Shown: positions 20,407-31,039 of the stretch, piece after piece
Position numbering within the stretch: the first letter of the stretch is position 1
Layout: every line of letters starts with the position of its first letter
Assembly (NCBI RefSeq): GCF_009720745.1
Contig: NZ_WNKX01000004.1
Location: 127,421-191,420, forward strand
Source: Massilia eburnea
GTDB taxonomy: Bacteria > Pseudomonadota > Gammaproteobacteria > Burkholderiales > Burkholderiaceae_D
Length of the DNA: 64,000 nucleotides
Reading direction: 5' to 3'
Notes under the pieces: model-generated
Database searches by the model: none
What the model saw: the letters and a program-made list of their open reading frames with translations, nothing else
Told to the model about the DNA's origin: nothing
Translations under genes and position numbers: made by a program

Positions 20407-21378
20407 TTGCCTATGATCAATGTTTTCGTTTTACAAAATGGCCGGCTCAACCAGGTGCCTATTGAGACGCGCGAAGACCTTGAGAAAGTGGCACCGGTCT
20501 GGGTCGACCTGACCGATCCGACAGAAGACGAACGCGCCTGGGTCAAATCCATTTACGGCGTGATCCTGCCCGGCGAAGACGAGGTCAAGGACATCGAAGC
20601 CTCCGCCCGTTACTACGAGGCGGAAAACGGCGACCTCCACCTGCGCACCGATTTCCTGCTGGAAGAAGACGAGGGCCCCTCGCGCGTGGTGACGGTGGCG
20701 TTCATCCTTGCCAAGAAAATGCTGTTCTCGGTCCACACCGACGACTTGCCCGTATTCCGTCTGGTGCGCATGCGCGCCCGCTCGCGTCCCGGTTCGATCG
20801 CCGACTACATGGACGTGCTGCTCGACCTGTACGCCACCGACGCCGAATATTCGGCGGACGCGCTGGAGGGCATCTACCAGAACCTGGAAGAAGTGTCGGG
20901 CCGCGTGCTGCAGGAAGAATTTACCGACAAGGATGCAGCCGACGCCCTGAGCGCCATCGCGCACGAGGAAGACTTGAACGGCCGCATCCGCCGCAACATG
21001 ATGGACACGCGCCGCGCAGTGTCCTTCCTGATGCGCGGCCGCCTGCTCAATTCCGACCAGTTCGAAGAAGCGCGCCAGATCCTGCGCGACATCGAATCGC
21101 TGGACGGCCACACCTCCTTCCTGTTCGACAAGATCAACTTCCTGATGGATGCCACCGTCGGCTTCATCAACATCAACCAGAACAAGATCATCAAGATCTT
21201 CTCGGTGGCCTCGGTCGCCTTCCTGCCGCCGACCCTGATCGCGTCGGTGTACGGCATGAACTTCGAAGTCTTCCCGGAACTGAAGTGGAGCCTGGGCTAT
21301 CCGTGGGCCGTTGGCCTGATGATGGTCAGCGCCTTGGCGCCGCTGCTCTACTTCCGCCGCCGCGGCTGGCTCAAATAA
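20407..21378 (+). CDS. corA: CorA-family Mg2+/Co2+ transporter
   Basis: C-terminal two TM helices with the YGMNF signature. Confidence 0.8.
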   Translation: MPMINVFVLQNGRLNQVPIETREDLEKVAPVWVDLTDPTEDERAWVKSIYGVILPGEDEVKDIEASARYYEAENGDLHLRTDFLLEEDEGPSRVVTVAFILAKKMLFSVHTDDLPVFRLVRMRARSRPGSIADYMDVLLDLYATDAEYSADALEGIYQNLEEVSGRVLQEEFTDKDAADALSAIAHEEDLNGRIRRNMMDTRRAVSFLMRGRLLNSDQFEEARQILRDIESLDGHTSFLFDKINFLMDATVGFININQNKIIKIFSVASVAFLPPTLIASVYGMNFEVFPELKWSLGYPWAVGLMMVSALAPLLYFRRRGWLK

Positions 21379-21557
21379 GCTGCAAGAACGCAACGCTTTG
21401 TAACTGAAGGTCACCTGGTCGCGGGCTCTCCGTCCGCGCCGACCCGTCTGTGCGGCGCTTTTGTACTTGTCAATCAAAGAGGGCATCTGCGCCACAGTTG
21501 ACACGAAAGTATCGATGTCACATTCTTTCGAATGGCAATTCACATTCGGGAGAACTC

Positions 21558-22676
21558 ATGGCAGAGGTCAGTTTATCTTCGGCATCGCAGTCGATGCTGG
21601 CCCTGCGCGAACAGGTGATCGATGCGTGGAGCCGCTCCGTTCGGGAGAAGCTATGCAAGGCTGGCGATCTCCCGGATCCCATCTTGCTGAACACGCTGCC
21701 AGCGTTCTACGAGAACCTGGCGCGCTTGTTGACGCACGAGTATTACCAGGCCAGCGGGGTCGATGTGGCGATCATCGCGCAAGAGCACGGCGGCGAGCGC
21801 GCGCGCCTGACCGGCTACGACACCACCACCCTGATTCGCGAGTACCAGCTGTTCCGCCAGGTGCTGTTCCGCATGCTGCGCGAGGGCGGCATCCAGCTCT
21901 CGCACGACCAGCGCGAAGCGATCGACACCTCAATCGACAGCGCCATTCGCGAAAGCGTGACGGCCTTTGCCCTGATCCAGTCGGCCTTGCGTGAACAGTT
22001 CATCGCCGCGCTGACGCACGATTTACGTACGCCGCTGTCCAACGTCAGCGTGGCGGCGCAGGTGATCGAGACGCGCGCGCCGAGCGAAGATATCCGCCGC
22101 CTTGCCGAACGCATCGTGGCCAACGCGCAGCGCATCGAAACCATGACGCGCGACCTGCTGGACTGCATGGTGTTCGAAGGCGGCGAACGGCTGCCCTTGC
22201 ATATCGAGGAATTCGATCTCGCCCTGCTGGCCTACGAAGTGGCGCAGCAGGAAATCGAGCGCAGCGGCGTTGAAGTACTGGTCGAATTTGAATCGGCGGT
22301 GGGCCACTGGTGCCGCGCCTCGCTGCAGCGTGCGCTGGAAAACCTGCTGGGCAATGCCATCAAATACAAGGCGCCGGGCACGCCCATCGTGGTGCGGGTG
22401 ACGTGCGACGAATTGCGCGTGCAGCTGTCGGTGCACAACGAAGGCGAACCGATTCCGGCCGAAGACCTGGAATCGATCTTCCAGGTCTATCGCCGCGCAC
22501 GCGGCGGCAAGTGCACCAAGGACGGCTGGGGCGTCGGGCTGCCATACGCACGCCGGGTGGCGGAAAGCCATGGCGGCAGCATTATCGTCACCAGTACGGC
22601 GACGCTGGGCACGACCTTCCTGATCGATATTCCGATGGATGCGCGGCCTTTTGGCAAGGCCCCGGTCGCGGGTTAA
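21558..22676 (+). CDS. Soluble (no TM) sensor histidine kinase with an unassigned roughly 160-aa N-terminal domain; no adjacent response regulator
   Basis: H-box ALTHDLRTPLSN, N-box LENLLGNAIKY, G-boxes (GWGVGL, GTTF). No hydrophobic segments. Start at MAEVSL (ATG 21558). Confidence 0.7.
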   Translation: MAEVSLSSASQSMLALREQVIDAWSRSVREKLCKAGDLPDPILLNTLPAFYENLARLLTHEYYQASGVDVAIIAQEHGGERARLTGYDTTTLIREYQLFRQVLFRMLREGGIQLSHDQREAIDTSIDSAIRESVTAFALIQSALREQFIAALTHDLRTPLSNVSVAAQVIETRAPSEDIRRLAERIVANAQRIETMTRDLLDCMVFEGGERLPLHIEEFDLALLAYEVAQQEIERSGVEVLVEFESAVGHWCRASLQRALENLLGNAIKYKAPGTPIVVRVTCDELRVQLSVHNEGEPIPAEDLESIFQVYRRARGGKCTKDGWGVGLPYARRVAESHGGSIIVTSTATLGTTFLIDIPMDARPFGKAPVAG

Positions 22677-22747
22677 TTTACTGGAAGAAATGACAAGCTG
22701 AGTATAGAATCCCCGACAATCTTATCAAATTGTCTAAGGGGAGCCGG

Positions 22748-25700
22748 ATGAAGCGCATCTGGAATCTGCTCGTACGCCTTATCGCCACCATTTTCGGCAG
22801 TGTGTCCTGGTCTCCTCCCGCTTGGCTGCGCAACATCGGGCTGCGCTTGCAGCCGCTGCGCGCCTGGGCCGGACGCCACCTGCGCGTGATGGCGGCGCTG
22901 GCCGTCGTGGTCGTGGCAGGCCTGGCTGCCTACCCGGTCATCAAGAGCCGCATGCCATACATCAAGCCGGACAAGATCGCGTCCAGCGAGGCCGGCGTGC
23001 GCATCATTGCACCGGGCCGCACGGAGCTGGAAAACGACGGCCAGCCGCAAGCCCTTCGCATTGAATTCACCGCATCCGCCGCGCCGCTATCGAAGGTGGG
23101 GCGCGAGGCGACCGACGTGACGCTGTCGCCCGCCATCGCCGGCAAATGGACCTGGAATACCGACCATGAGCTGACTTTCCAGCCGGCCCAGGACTGGCCG
23201 GTCGGACAGAAGTACACGATCAAGTTCGGTCCCAAGGCCTTGTCTGCGCATGTGAAGGCGGAGAAGGAATATGAGTTTCAGACAGCACGCTTTGAAGTCA
23301 CGCTTGCCAATGGCGAGTTTTACCAGGACCCGACGCAATTCAACCTGCGTAAGGGCGTGTTCGATGTGAAGTTCACGCACCCGGTGGCGCCGGCCGAATT
23401 CGAAAAGCGCCTGCACATGGACCTGGAAGGCAAGCCGACCAGGTTCACCCTCACTTACGACAAGTGGAAAGTCAGCGCCACCGTCCAGTCAGAGCCGCTT
23501 GCCATCCCGCAGGAAACGGCGACGCTCACGCTGCACATCGATTCGGGCGTCAAGGCCCAGCGCGGCGGCGACGGCACCCCGGAAGAAGTGACCAAGGCCG
23601 TCGCCGTGCCCGGCTTGTTCGGGCTGGAGGTGCAGTCGATCGAAACCCATATCCTCACCGGCCAGACCGGCGATATGGAAAATGTCTTGCAGTTCACCAC
23701 CGGCATGGCCGTCAACGACAAGGAAGCGGCGCGCGTCATCAGCGCCTGGTCGCTGCCTGCCGCCACCAATGACAGCAAGAGCTGGGACGATCCGGCTGAT
23801 GTCACGGAAGCCGTGCTGAAAAAGGCCAAGCGCCTGGCGCTGACGGCGCTGCCGCAGGAGCGCGACAACACCGAGGCCCATGCTTTCAAATTCGAGGCGG
23901 ATCCGGGCAGCTTCATGTTCGTGCGCATCGCGCAGGGCATGAAATCGGTGGGCGGCTACCAACTGGGCCAGAAACGCGAGGCGATCCTGCAGGTGAAAGC
24001 CTCAGCGCCCGAGTTGTCCATCATGGGCACGGGGGCGCTGCTGGCGTTGAACGGCGAGCGCAAACTGCCGATCATGGTGCGCGACGTGCCGGGGGTGAAG
24101 ATCGAGATCGGCCGCGTGCTGCCGCACCAGTTGCACTTCCTGGCCACGCATGCCGATGGCAACTTCGCCAAGCCCCAGTTCTACCAAGGCCTGACGCCGG
24201 ACAGCCTGACCGAACGCTTCGAGAAGAAACTGCCGCTGAAACTCGCCCCGGGCAAAACACATTTCGAGACCATCGATTTTTCGGAATACCTGAAAACCGA
24301 CGGCGCCGAGCGGCGCGGTATTTTCCTGGTCAAGATCAATGGCTACGACCCCTCCAAGGCCGACGATGGGCAGCAGCAGGACGCTCAGCAATCCGAACAA
24401 TATGAGGGCGAAGGCGAGGGCGATGGCGAGCAGTACAACGGCGACGCTGGCGCCATGTCGGACAGCCGCCTGATCATGCTGACCGACCTTGGCCTGGTCA
24501 GCAAGCGTGCGCTGGATGGCTCGCAGCAGGTCTACGTCCAGTCCATCAGCAGCGGAACGCCGGTGGCCGGCGCCACGGTGGAAGTATGGGGCCGCAACGG
24601 CCTGGTGCTGCACACTCAGGCGACCGACGCAGGCGGCATGGTGCGCCTGCCGGACTTGCGCGGCTACACGCGTGAAAAACAGGCGGTGCTGCTGGTGGTG
24701 AAGAAGGCTGGCGATACCGCTTTCATGGCGCTGAACCGCAGCGACCGCGCGCTGGACATGTCGCGCTTCGACGTCGGCGGCACCCATAGCGGCGGCCTGC
24801 CGAACCAGATGCGCGCCTATTTGTTCTCGGACCGCGGCATCTACCGCCCCGGCGACACCATCCAGGCCGGCATCATCGTCAAAAGCGGCGACTGGAGCCA
24901 GAACCTGAAGGACTTGCCGGTGGAGGCTGAAGTGGTCGATGCGCGCGGCCAGACCGTGCGGCGCGAAAAGCTCAAGCTTGGCGCGGCCGGCATGGCGGAA
25001 ATCTCGCATCCGACGCTGGATAGCGCGCCGACCGGCACCTACACCATCTACCTGAACCTGCCGCGCGACGGCGCGCAGGGCGAGCCGGTGCGCCTTGGCT
25101 CGACCACGGTCAAGGTGCAGGAATTCCTGCCGGACCGCACCAAGGTTGCGCTCAAGCTGTCGGCCGACGCGGGCGATGGCTGGGTCAGCCCGCAGTCGCT
25201 GACGGCGCAGATGAATGTGCAGAACCTGTTCGGCACCCCGGCGCCGAACCGCAAGGTGGAAGCGGTGGTGACGCTGACACCTGCCTATCCGGCCTTCGCC
25301 TCCTGGCCGGGCTACAGCTTCTATGACCCGCAGCGCGCCAAGGACCGTTTCACCGACACCATTGCGGACCAGAAGACGGACGACAAGGGGGATCTGAGCT
25401 TCGACCTGGGCCTGCACCGCTACCAGTCGGCTACCTACCAGCTGCACGTGCTGGCCAAAGCCTTCGAACCGGAGGGCGGCCGCAGCGTGAGCGCCGAGGT
25501 GCAGGCGCTGGTGTCCGATGCGCCTTACCTGGTGGGTTACAAGGCCGACGGCGATCTGTATTACATCAACCGCGGCGCAGTGCGCAATGTGCACCTGATC
25601 GCGATTGACCCGAAAGCGAAGAAGACCGCCGTTGCCGGCCTGACGCTGGAGCGTTACGAAAATCGCGTGCTGTCGGTGCTGGTGAAACAGGCCAACGGCT

Positions 25701-28621
25701 TGTTCAAGTACGAATCGCGCAGCAAGGACGTGCTGCTGAAGACCGAACCGTTCGCCATCGCGGCGGGCGGTACGCAGCTGGCGCCGGCGACCGACACGCC
25801 GGGCAACTTCACCTATGTGGTCAAGAATGCCCAGGGCGCGCAGTTGGCGGAGTTCCGCTACAGCGTGGCTGGCACGGGCAATGTCACGCGCAGCCTGGAT
25901 CGCAACGCCGAACTGCAGCTTACCCTGAACAAGAAGGATTACCAGCCCGGCGAGGAAATCGAGATCAGCGTGCGCGCGCCGTACACCGGGGCCGGCCTGA
26001 TCACGATCGAGCGCGACAAGGTCTATGCCTACAAGTGGTTCAAGGCCGATAAGAATGCCTCGGTGCAGAAGATCACGCTGCCGAAGGACTATGACGGCAA
26101 CGGCTATGTGATGGTGCAGTACACGCGCGATCCGTCCTCCGACGAGATTTACATGAGCCCCTTGAGCTACGGCGCGGCGCCGTTCGCGACGAGCCTGGAT
26201 CGCCGTACCACCAAGTTCTCGCTGAAGGCGCCGGAGCTGGTCAAGCCGGGGCAGACGGTGCAATTCCACCTGGATTCGCCCAAGCCGGTGCGCGCCGTGG
26301 TGTTCGCGGTGGATGAGGGCATCCTGCAGGTGGCGCGCTACAAGAATCCTGATCCGCTGCAGTACTTCTTCCAGAAACGCGCGCTGGAAGTGACGACAGC
26401 GCAGACGCTGGACCAGATCCTGCCGGAATTCCGCAAACTGATGCAGGGCGCGGCGCCGGGCGGCGACGGCGACAGCGAAGCGGGCAAGCACCTCAACCCG
26501 TTCAAGCGCAAGCGCGACAAGCCGGTGGCTTACTGGTCGGGCATAGTGGATGTGCAGGGCGGCCGCGATTTCAGCTACACGGTGCCGGAATACTTCAACG
26601 GCAGCCTGCGTGTGATGGCGGTGGTGGTGGACGACACCTCGGCTGCCGCAGCCAGCACCAAGACCACGGTGCGCGGCGATATCGTGCTGCTGCCGAACGT
26701 GCCGGTGGCCTTGACGCCGGGCGATGAGGCCGAAGTGGGCGTCGGCGTGGCGAACAATATCAAGGGCTCGGGCAAGGGCACGCCTGTGGCGCTCACGCTG
26801 CAGGTGGCGCCGGCGCTGGAAGTGGTCGGCAAGGCACAGGTCACGCTCGCCATCAACGAAGGTGGCGAAGCTACCGCGCGCTTCCGCGTGCGCGCCCGCA
26901 GCGGCGCGCAGGCGCAACTGGGTTCGGCCAGCGTGGTGTTCAATGCGCAGTACCAGGAGCGCAAGGCCAGGCTGTCGACCGATTTGTCGGTGCGCCCGGC
27001 TTCGGCGCTGGTGACGCTGGTGCAGAGCGGCCGCTTCAAAGGCGGCGGCGAAATCGCGACCCAAGGCCAGTTCTATCCGCAGATGCAGCGCAGCGAGCTG
27101 TCGGTCTCCGCGACACCATGGTCGCTGGCCTCGGGCATGGTGCGCTACCTGCAGGAATACCCGTATGGCTGCACCGAGCAGATTGTCAGCCAGATGATGC
27201 CGACGGTGCTGCTGGCCAACCGTCCCGACGTCGCCAAGGAGATGCAGGCTGCCGGCAAGGCCGGCGGCGCCGCGCTCGATCCGAAGAAGGGCTTCGAGCG
27301 TACGCTCACCGTCCTGCGTTCGCGCCAGACGGGCGACGGCGGGTTTGGCCTGTATTCGCCGGGCGAGACGGCGCATCCATTTGCCACCGTGTATGCGGTG
27401 CAGATGCTGCTGGAGGCGCGCGAGCACAAGATGCAGGTGCCGGAAGACGTGCTGGCGCGTTCGCTGGCCTGGATGCAGAACTACGTTGCGCGCGGCGGCG
27501 ACGAGCGCTACGACTGGCGCACCCGCGCCCAGGCGGCCTATCTCCTGACCCGCAGCGGCGCCGTGACGACGGCGGCGCTGGTGAACCTGCGCGGCAACAT
27601 GCCCAGGGAAATGCGCAATTCCCCGGGCGGCGATACTGACCTCGGCAACGCCTACCTGGCGGCTAGCTACCAGATCCTGAAGCAGGACCAGGTGGCGCGC
27701 CAGCTGCTCGATCCGTTATGGACGGACATGCTGGACCGGCTGGCGAAAAAGGACCAGTTCAAGAGCTATGGCTGGTATTACGATTCGCTGGTGCATGACG
27801 CCACGCTGGTGACCCTGGTGGCACGCCACTTCCCGCAGCGCCTGAAGGACCTGCCACCCGAAGTGTTCGACCGCATGGCCGCCTGGATGAGCGACGGCTG
27901 GTATAGCAGCCTGTCGTCGGCTTCCGTTGTCACTGCGGTTGATGCCTACAGCAACGCCGCTGCAAATGGCGCCGCCGGCGCCATCACGGCCAAGGCCATC
28001 GACCGCCAGGGCAAGGAAAAAGCGCTGGAACTGAGCGCGCTGAAATTGATTGCCAGGACGGCGGTACCGGCGGATGCAGCGAAGCTGAAGCTTGGCAGCA
28101 GCGGCGGCCTGCCCCTCTACTACGCGCTGGCGGAAACCGGCTTCGAGCGCAATATCCCGAGCACTGCGGCGTCCAACGGCATCGAAATCATCCGCGAATT
28201 CGTCGATGCCGCCGGCAAGCCTCTGTCTGAAGTCACGCTGGGCGACGAGGTGACGGTGCGCGTGCGGGTGCGCGCCGTCGGCCGCCGGGAAGTGCAGCAG
28301 GTCGCGCTGGTGGATGTGCTGCCGGGCGGCCTGGAGCCGGTGCTCAGCAGCCCTTCGGATGAGGACTCCGATGCGCCGTTGTGGCAGCGCCGTGTCGGCA
28401 CCAAGGGCTGGAGCTGGAACGTCGATTACGTCGACATGCGTGAAGACCGCGTCATCATCTTCGGCAACGTGGGCAGCAGCCAGACCGAGATCACCTACAA
28501 GGTACGGGCCACCAACGTCGGTGAGTTCGTGGTGCCGGGCGCATTCGGCGAGGCGATGTACGAGCGCAAGGTGTTTGGCCGCTCGGCCGGTTCGAAACTC
28601 GTGATCAAGGACCGCAAGTAA
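22748..28621 (+). CDS. Bacterial alpha-2-macroglobulin (YfhM-like), 1957 aa, with intact CTEQ thioester motif
   Basis: GGGAG SD then ATG 22748. N-terminal TM anchor. YPYGCTEQIVSQMMP thioester site (about nt 27160-27190). Size and domain order as in a2M. Confidence 0.85.
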   Translation: MKRIWNLLVRLIATIFGSVSWSPPAWLRNIGLRLQPLRAWAGRHLRVMAALAVVVVAGLAAYPVIKSRMPYIKPDKIASSEAGVRIIAPGRTELENDGQPQALRIEFTASAAPLSKVGREATDVTLSPAIAGKWTWNTDHELTFQPAQDWPVGQKYTIKFGPKALSAHVKAEKEYEFQTARFEVTLANGEFYQDPTQFNLRKGVFDVKFTHPVAPAEFEKRLHMDLEGKPTRFTLTYDKWKVSATVQSEPLAIPQETATLTLHIDSGVKAQRGGDGTPEEVTKAVAVPGLFGLEVQSIETHILTGQTGDMENVLQFTTGMAVNDKEAARVISAWSLPAATNDSKSWDDPADVTEAVLKKAKRLALTALPQERDNTEAHAFKFEADPGSFMFVRIAQGMKSVGGYQLGQKREAILQVKASAPELSIMGTGALLALNGERKLPIMVRDVPGVKIEIGRVLPHQLHFLATHADGNFAKPQFYQGLTPDSLTERFEKKLPLKLAPGKTHFETIDFSEYLKTDGAERRGIFLVKINGYDPSKADDGQQQDAQQSEQYEGEGEGDGEQYNGDAGAMSDSRLIMLTDLGLVSKRALDGSQQVYVQSISSGTPVAGATVEVWGRNGLVLHTQATDAGGMVRLPDLRGYTREKQAVLLVVKKAGDTAFMALNRSDRALDMSRFDVGGTHSGGLPNQMRAYLFSDRGIYRPGDTIQAGIIVKSGDWSQNLKDLPVEAEVVDARGQTVRREKLKLGAAGMAEISHPTLDSAPTGTYTIYLNLPRDGAQGEPVRLGSTTVKVQEFLPDRTKVALKLSADAGDGWVSPQSLTAQMNVQNLFGTPAPNRKVEAVVTLTPAYPAFASWPGYSFYDPQRAKDRFTDTIADQKTDDKGDLSFDLGLHRYQSATYQLHVLAKAFEPEGGRSVSAEVQALVSDAPYLVGYKADGDLYYINRGAVRNVHLIAIDPKAKKTAVAGLTLERYENRVLSVLVKQANGLFKYESRSKDVLLKTEPFAIAAGGTQLAPATDTPGNFTYVVKNAQGAQLAEFRYSVAGTGNVTRSLDRNAELQLTLNKKDYQPGEEIEISVRAPYTGAGLITIERDKVYAYKWFKADKNASVQKITLPKDYDGNGYVMVQYTRDPSSDEIYMSPLSYGAAPFATSLDRRTTKFSLKAPELVKPGQTVQFHLDSPKPVRAVVFAVDEGILQVARYKNPDPLQYFFQKRALEVTTAQTLDQILPEFRKLMQGAAPGGDGDSEAGKHLNPFKRKRDKPVAYWSGIVDVQGGRDFSYTVPEYFNGSLRVMAVVVDDTSAAAASTKTTVRGDIVLLPNVPVALTPGDEAEVGVGVANNIKGSGKGTPVALTLQVAPALEVVGKAQVTLAINEGGEATARFRVRARSGAQAQLGSASVVFNAQYQERKARLSTDLSVRPASALVTLVQSGRFKGGGEIATQGQFYPQMQRSELSVSATPWSLASGMVRYLQEYPYGCTEQIVSQMMPTVLLANRPDVAKEMQAAGKAGGAALDPKKGFERTLTVLRSRQTGDGGFGLYSPGETAHPFATVYAVQMLLEAREHKMQVPEDVLARSLAWMQNYVARGGDERYDWRTRAQAAYLLTRSGAVTTAALVNLRGNMPREMRNSPGGDTDLGNAYLAASYQILKQDQVARQLLDPLWTDMLDRLAKKDQFKSYGWYYDSLVHDATLVTLVARHFPQRLKDLPPEVFDRMAAWMSDGWYSSLSSASVVTAVDAYSNAAANGAAGAITAKAIDRQGKEKALELSALKLIARTAVPADAAKLKLGSSGGLPLYYALAETGFERNIPSTAASNGIEIIREFVDAAGKPLSEVTLGDEVTVRVRVRAVGRREVQQVALVDVLPGGLEPVLSSPSDEDSDAPLWQRRVGTKGWSWNVDYVDMREDRVIIFGNVGSSQTEITYKVRATNVGEFVVPGAFGEAMYERKVFGRSAGSKLVIKDRK

Positions 28622-30940
28622 GTGCTGCAAGGCCTGCGCAACCTGGCTGCCCGCTGGCGGCGCACCGCCCGCTTCGCCGGCGCCTGTGCGCTGGCCGCAC
28701 TGGCGCTGGTGTTGCTGCGCGTATGGCCGCATCAGGCCTTGCTGGCCGGCCAGCCCTGGTCGCATGCCGTCCATGCCAGCGGCGGCGAGCTGTTGCGCTT
28801 GACGCTGGCCGCGGACGACCAGTTCCGCCAGCCCTTGCGGCTGGGGGACATGCCGGCGGCCCTGCCGGAATCTGTGCTGCTGTACGAGGACCGCTGGTAC
28901 TACTGGCACCCCGGCGTCAATCCGCTTGCGCTGGTGCGCAGCGCCTGGTCCAGCGCCACCGGCACGCGCCGCCAGGGCGGCTCCACCATTACCATGCAGC
29001 TGGCGCGCCGCCTGTACCGCATCGACAGCCGCAGCGTCGGCGGGAAGCTGAAGCAGGCCGCCGCCGCGCTGTGGATCGAAGCGCGCTACGGCAAACGGGA
29101 AATCCTGGAGGCATACCTCAATCTCGCACCTTACGGCGGCAACGTGGAGGGCGTGGGCGCGGCCAGCCTGGTCTACTTCCGCAAAAGCGCGGCCTCGCTG
29201 GTACTGCCGGAGATGCTGGCGCTGGCCGTCATCCCGCAGAACCCGCGCCAGCGGCTGGTGGGAGCGGGAGCGCCCGGCGCCCTGCGCGCCGCGCGTGCAC
29301 GCCTGTGGCAGCGCTGGCAGGAACGGCATCCGGATGACCGCCGCTGGCAGGCCGACATGCAGCTGGCCCTGCATACCGAAGGCAAGGCCAATATGCCTTT
29401 CCTCGCGCCGCATCTGGTCGATTTGCTGTTGCACGAACAGCAGCAGGGGCAAGAGACGCAGGGCGAAATCGACTCGAGCCTCGACCTGCGAGCGCAGCGC
29501 GTGCTGGAACGCGTGATCGGCGACTACCTGCGCTCGCGGGCCGAGACGGGGGTGGTCAATGCCAGCGCCATGCTGGTCGATACCTCGACCATGCAGGTGC
29601 GCGCCCTGGTGGGATCGGCGGACTACGGCAACTCCGCGATTGCGGGCCAGGTCAATGGCACGCTGGGCCGCCGCTCGCCCGGCTCCACGCTCAAGCCCTT
29701 CATCTATGGCCTGGCGCTGGACCAGGGCTTGCTGCATCCGAAAACCGTGCTGCGCGATACTCCCTCCGCATTCGGCGCCTTCACGCCGGAGAATTTCGAT
29801 GGCCGTTTCGTCGGCCCGCTGGCGGCGGAAGACGCCTTGATCCGCAGCCGCAACGTGCCCGCCGTCGCGGTCGCGGCGAAGCTGTCACGCCCCGACCTGT
29901 ACGATTTCCTCAAGCAGGCCGGCGTAGCGCACATGGAGTCGCGCGAACACTACGGACTGGCGCTGGTGCTGGGCGGCGGTGAAGTATCGATGGAGGAACT
30001 GGTGCAGATGTACGCCATGCTCGCCAACGGCGGCGAGTGGCGGCCGGTCACCTATCGCGGCGTTGCAGCGCCGGGGCAGCAGCGCCGCCTGCTCAGCGAA
30101 GAAGCCTCATACATCACGCTCGACATGCTGCGCCGTAATCCGCGCCCGGATACCTCCGCCCCCGGCCAGCCGGCAATCGCCTGGAAGACCGGCACCTCCT
30201 GGGGTTTCCGCGATGCGTGGACGGCAGGCGTGTTCGGCCGCTACGCGCTGGCCGTCTGGCTGGGCAATTTCGACGGCGCCGGCAACCCGGCGCTGGTGGG
30301 CGTCGACATGGCCGCGCCGCTGTTCATGCGCATCGTCGACGCCTTGCGCGCCGAACGGCTCGACCCAGGCCCCGTGCCGCGCGCACTGCCGCAGGACCTG
30401 CGGCTGGTGGAGGTATGCGCTGCCAGCGGCGACCTGCCCGACGAGACTTGCCCGCGCGTGGTGCAGTCCTGGTTCATCGCCGGCAAATCGCCGATCAAGC
30501 GCAACACGCTGCATCGCCAGGTATGGATCGACAAGGACAAGGGCACGCTGGCTTGCAAGCAGGGCCCTAACACCGTGGCCAAGACGGTCGAGGCCTGGAC
30601 TTCCGACGTACAGCAGCTGATGCGCCAGGCCGGCCTGCCTTTGCGCGACACCAGCGCCTGCGGCGGCGATGGCGACAGCGCGCCGCGCATTCTCCAGCCC
30701 CTGCGCGGTGTGCGCCACATCGTGCGCGCCGCACATCCCGAACCGATCCTGCTGGTGGCGCAGGCCGCGGGCGACGTGCGCGAATTGTTCTGGTTCGTCG
30801 ATGGTGCGCTGGTTGGCCGCGCCGCGCCCGGCGAGACCGTGGCCTGGAAACCGGCCGGCCCTGGCCACCACACCGTGCGCGTGGCCGACAGCAACGGCCA
30901 TGCCGACACGCGCGATATTGATATCGACCTGGTGCCCTGA
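28622..30940 (+). CDS. pbpC: Penicillin-binding protein 1C (GT51 transglycosylase plus transpeptidase-like domain)
   Basis: GT51 motifs (EDRWYYWHPGVNP, GGSTITMQLAR, REILEAYLNLAPYGG). Begins at GTG immediately after the a2M stop, the classic a2M-pbpC pair. Confidence 0.85.
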   Translation: MLQGLRNLAARWRRTARFAGACALAALALVLLRVWPHQALLAGQPWSHAVHASGGELLRLTLAADDQFRQPLRLGDMPAALPESVLLYEDRWYYWHPGVNPLALVRSAWSSATGTRRQGGSTITMQLARRLYRIDSRSVGGKLKQAAAALWIEARYGKREILEAYLNLAPYGGNVEGVGAASLVYFRKSAASLVLPEMLALAVIPQNPRQRLVGAGAPGALRAARARLWQRWQERHPDDRRWQADMQLALHTEGKANMPFLAPHLVDLLLHEQQQGQETQGEIDSSLDLRAQRVLERVIGDYLRSRAETGVVNASAMLVDTSTMQVRALVGSADYGNSAIAGQVNGTLGRRSPGSTLKPFIYGLALDQGLLHPKTVLRDTPSAFGAFTPENFDGRFVGPLAAEDALIRSRNVPAVAVAAKLSRPDLYDFLKQAGVAHMESREHYGLALVLGGGEVSMEELVQMYAMLANGGEWRPVTYRGVAAPGQQRRLLSEEASYITLDMLRRNPRPDTSAPGQPAIAWKTGTSWGFRDAWTAGVFGRYALAVWLGNFDGAGNPALVGVDMAAPLFMRIVDALRAERLDPGPVPRALPQDLRLVEVCAASGDLPDETCPRVVQSWFIAGKSPIKRNTLHRQVWIDKDKGTLACKQGPNTVAKTVEAWTSDVQQLMRQAGLPLRDTSACGGDGDSAPRILQPLRGVRHIVRAAHPEPILLVAQAAGDVRELFWFVDGALVGRAAPGETVAWKPAGPGHHTVRVADSNGHADTRDIDIDLVP

Positions 30941-31039
30941 CGTTTACACCGCGTTTACGCCGGTGTAATGGAGATTTACACCATCTTTATGCGTCCCTCG
31001 ATAAGCTGATCCTGTCGCTTATCTATGAAAGGACGACGT
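30941..31039. promoter_or_regulatory. Candidate operator/promoter region upstream of the flotillin-like gene (two inverted repeats plus TTTACACC direct repeats)
   Basis: ttacaccg-cgtttacgc-cggtgtaa (8-bp IR) and gataagc-tgatcctgtc-gcttatc (7-bp IR). TTTACACC occurs three times. Confidence 0.3.

Noticed and set aside
24002-27427. 1141-aa ORF antisense to alpha-2-macroglobulin
   Set aside because: Shadow ORF inside a strongly supported CDS. No motifs.
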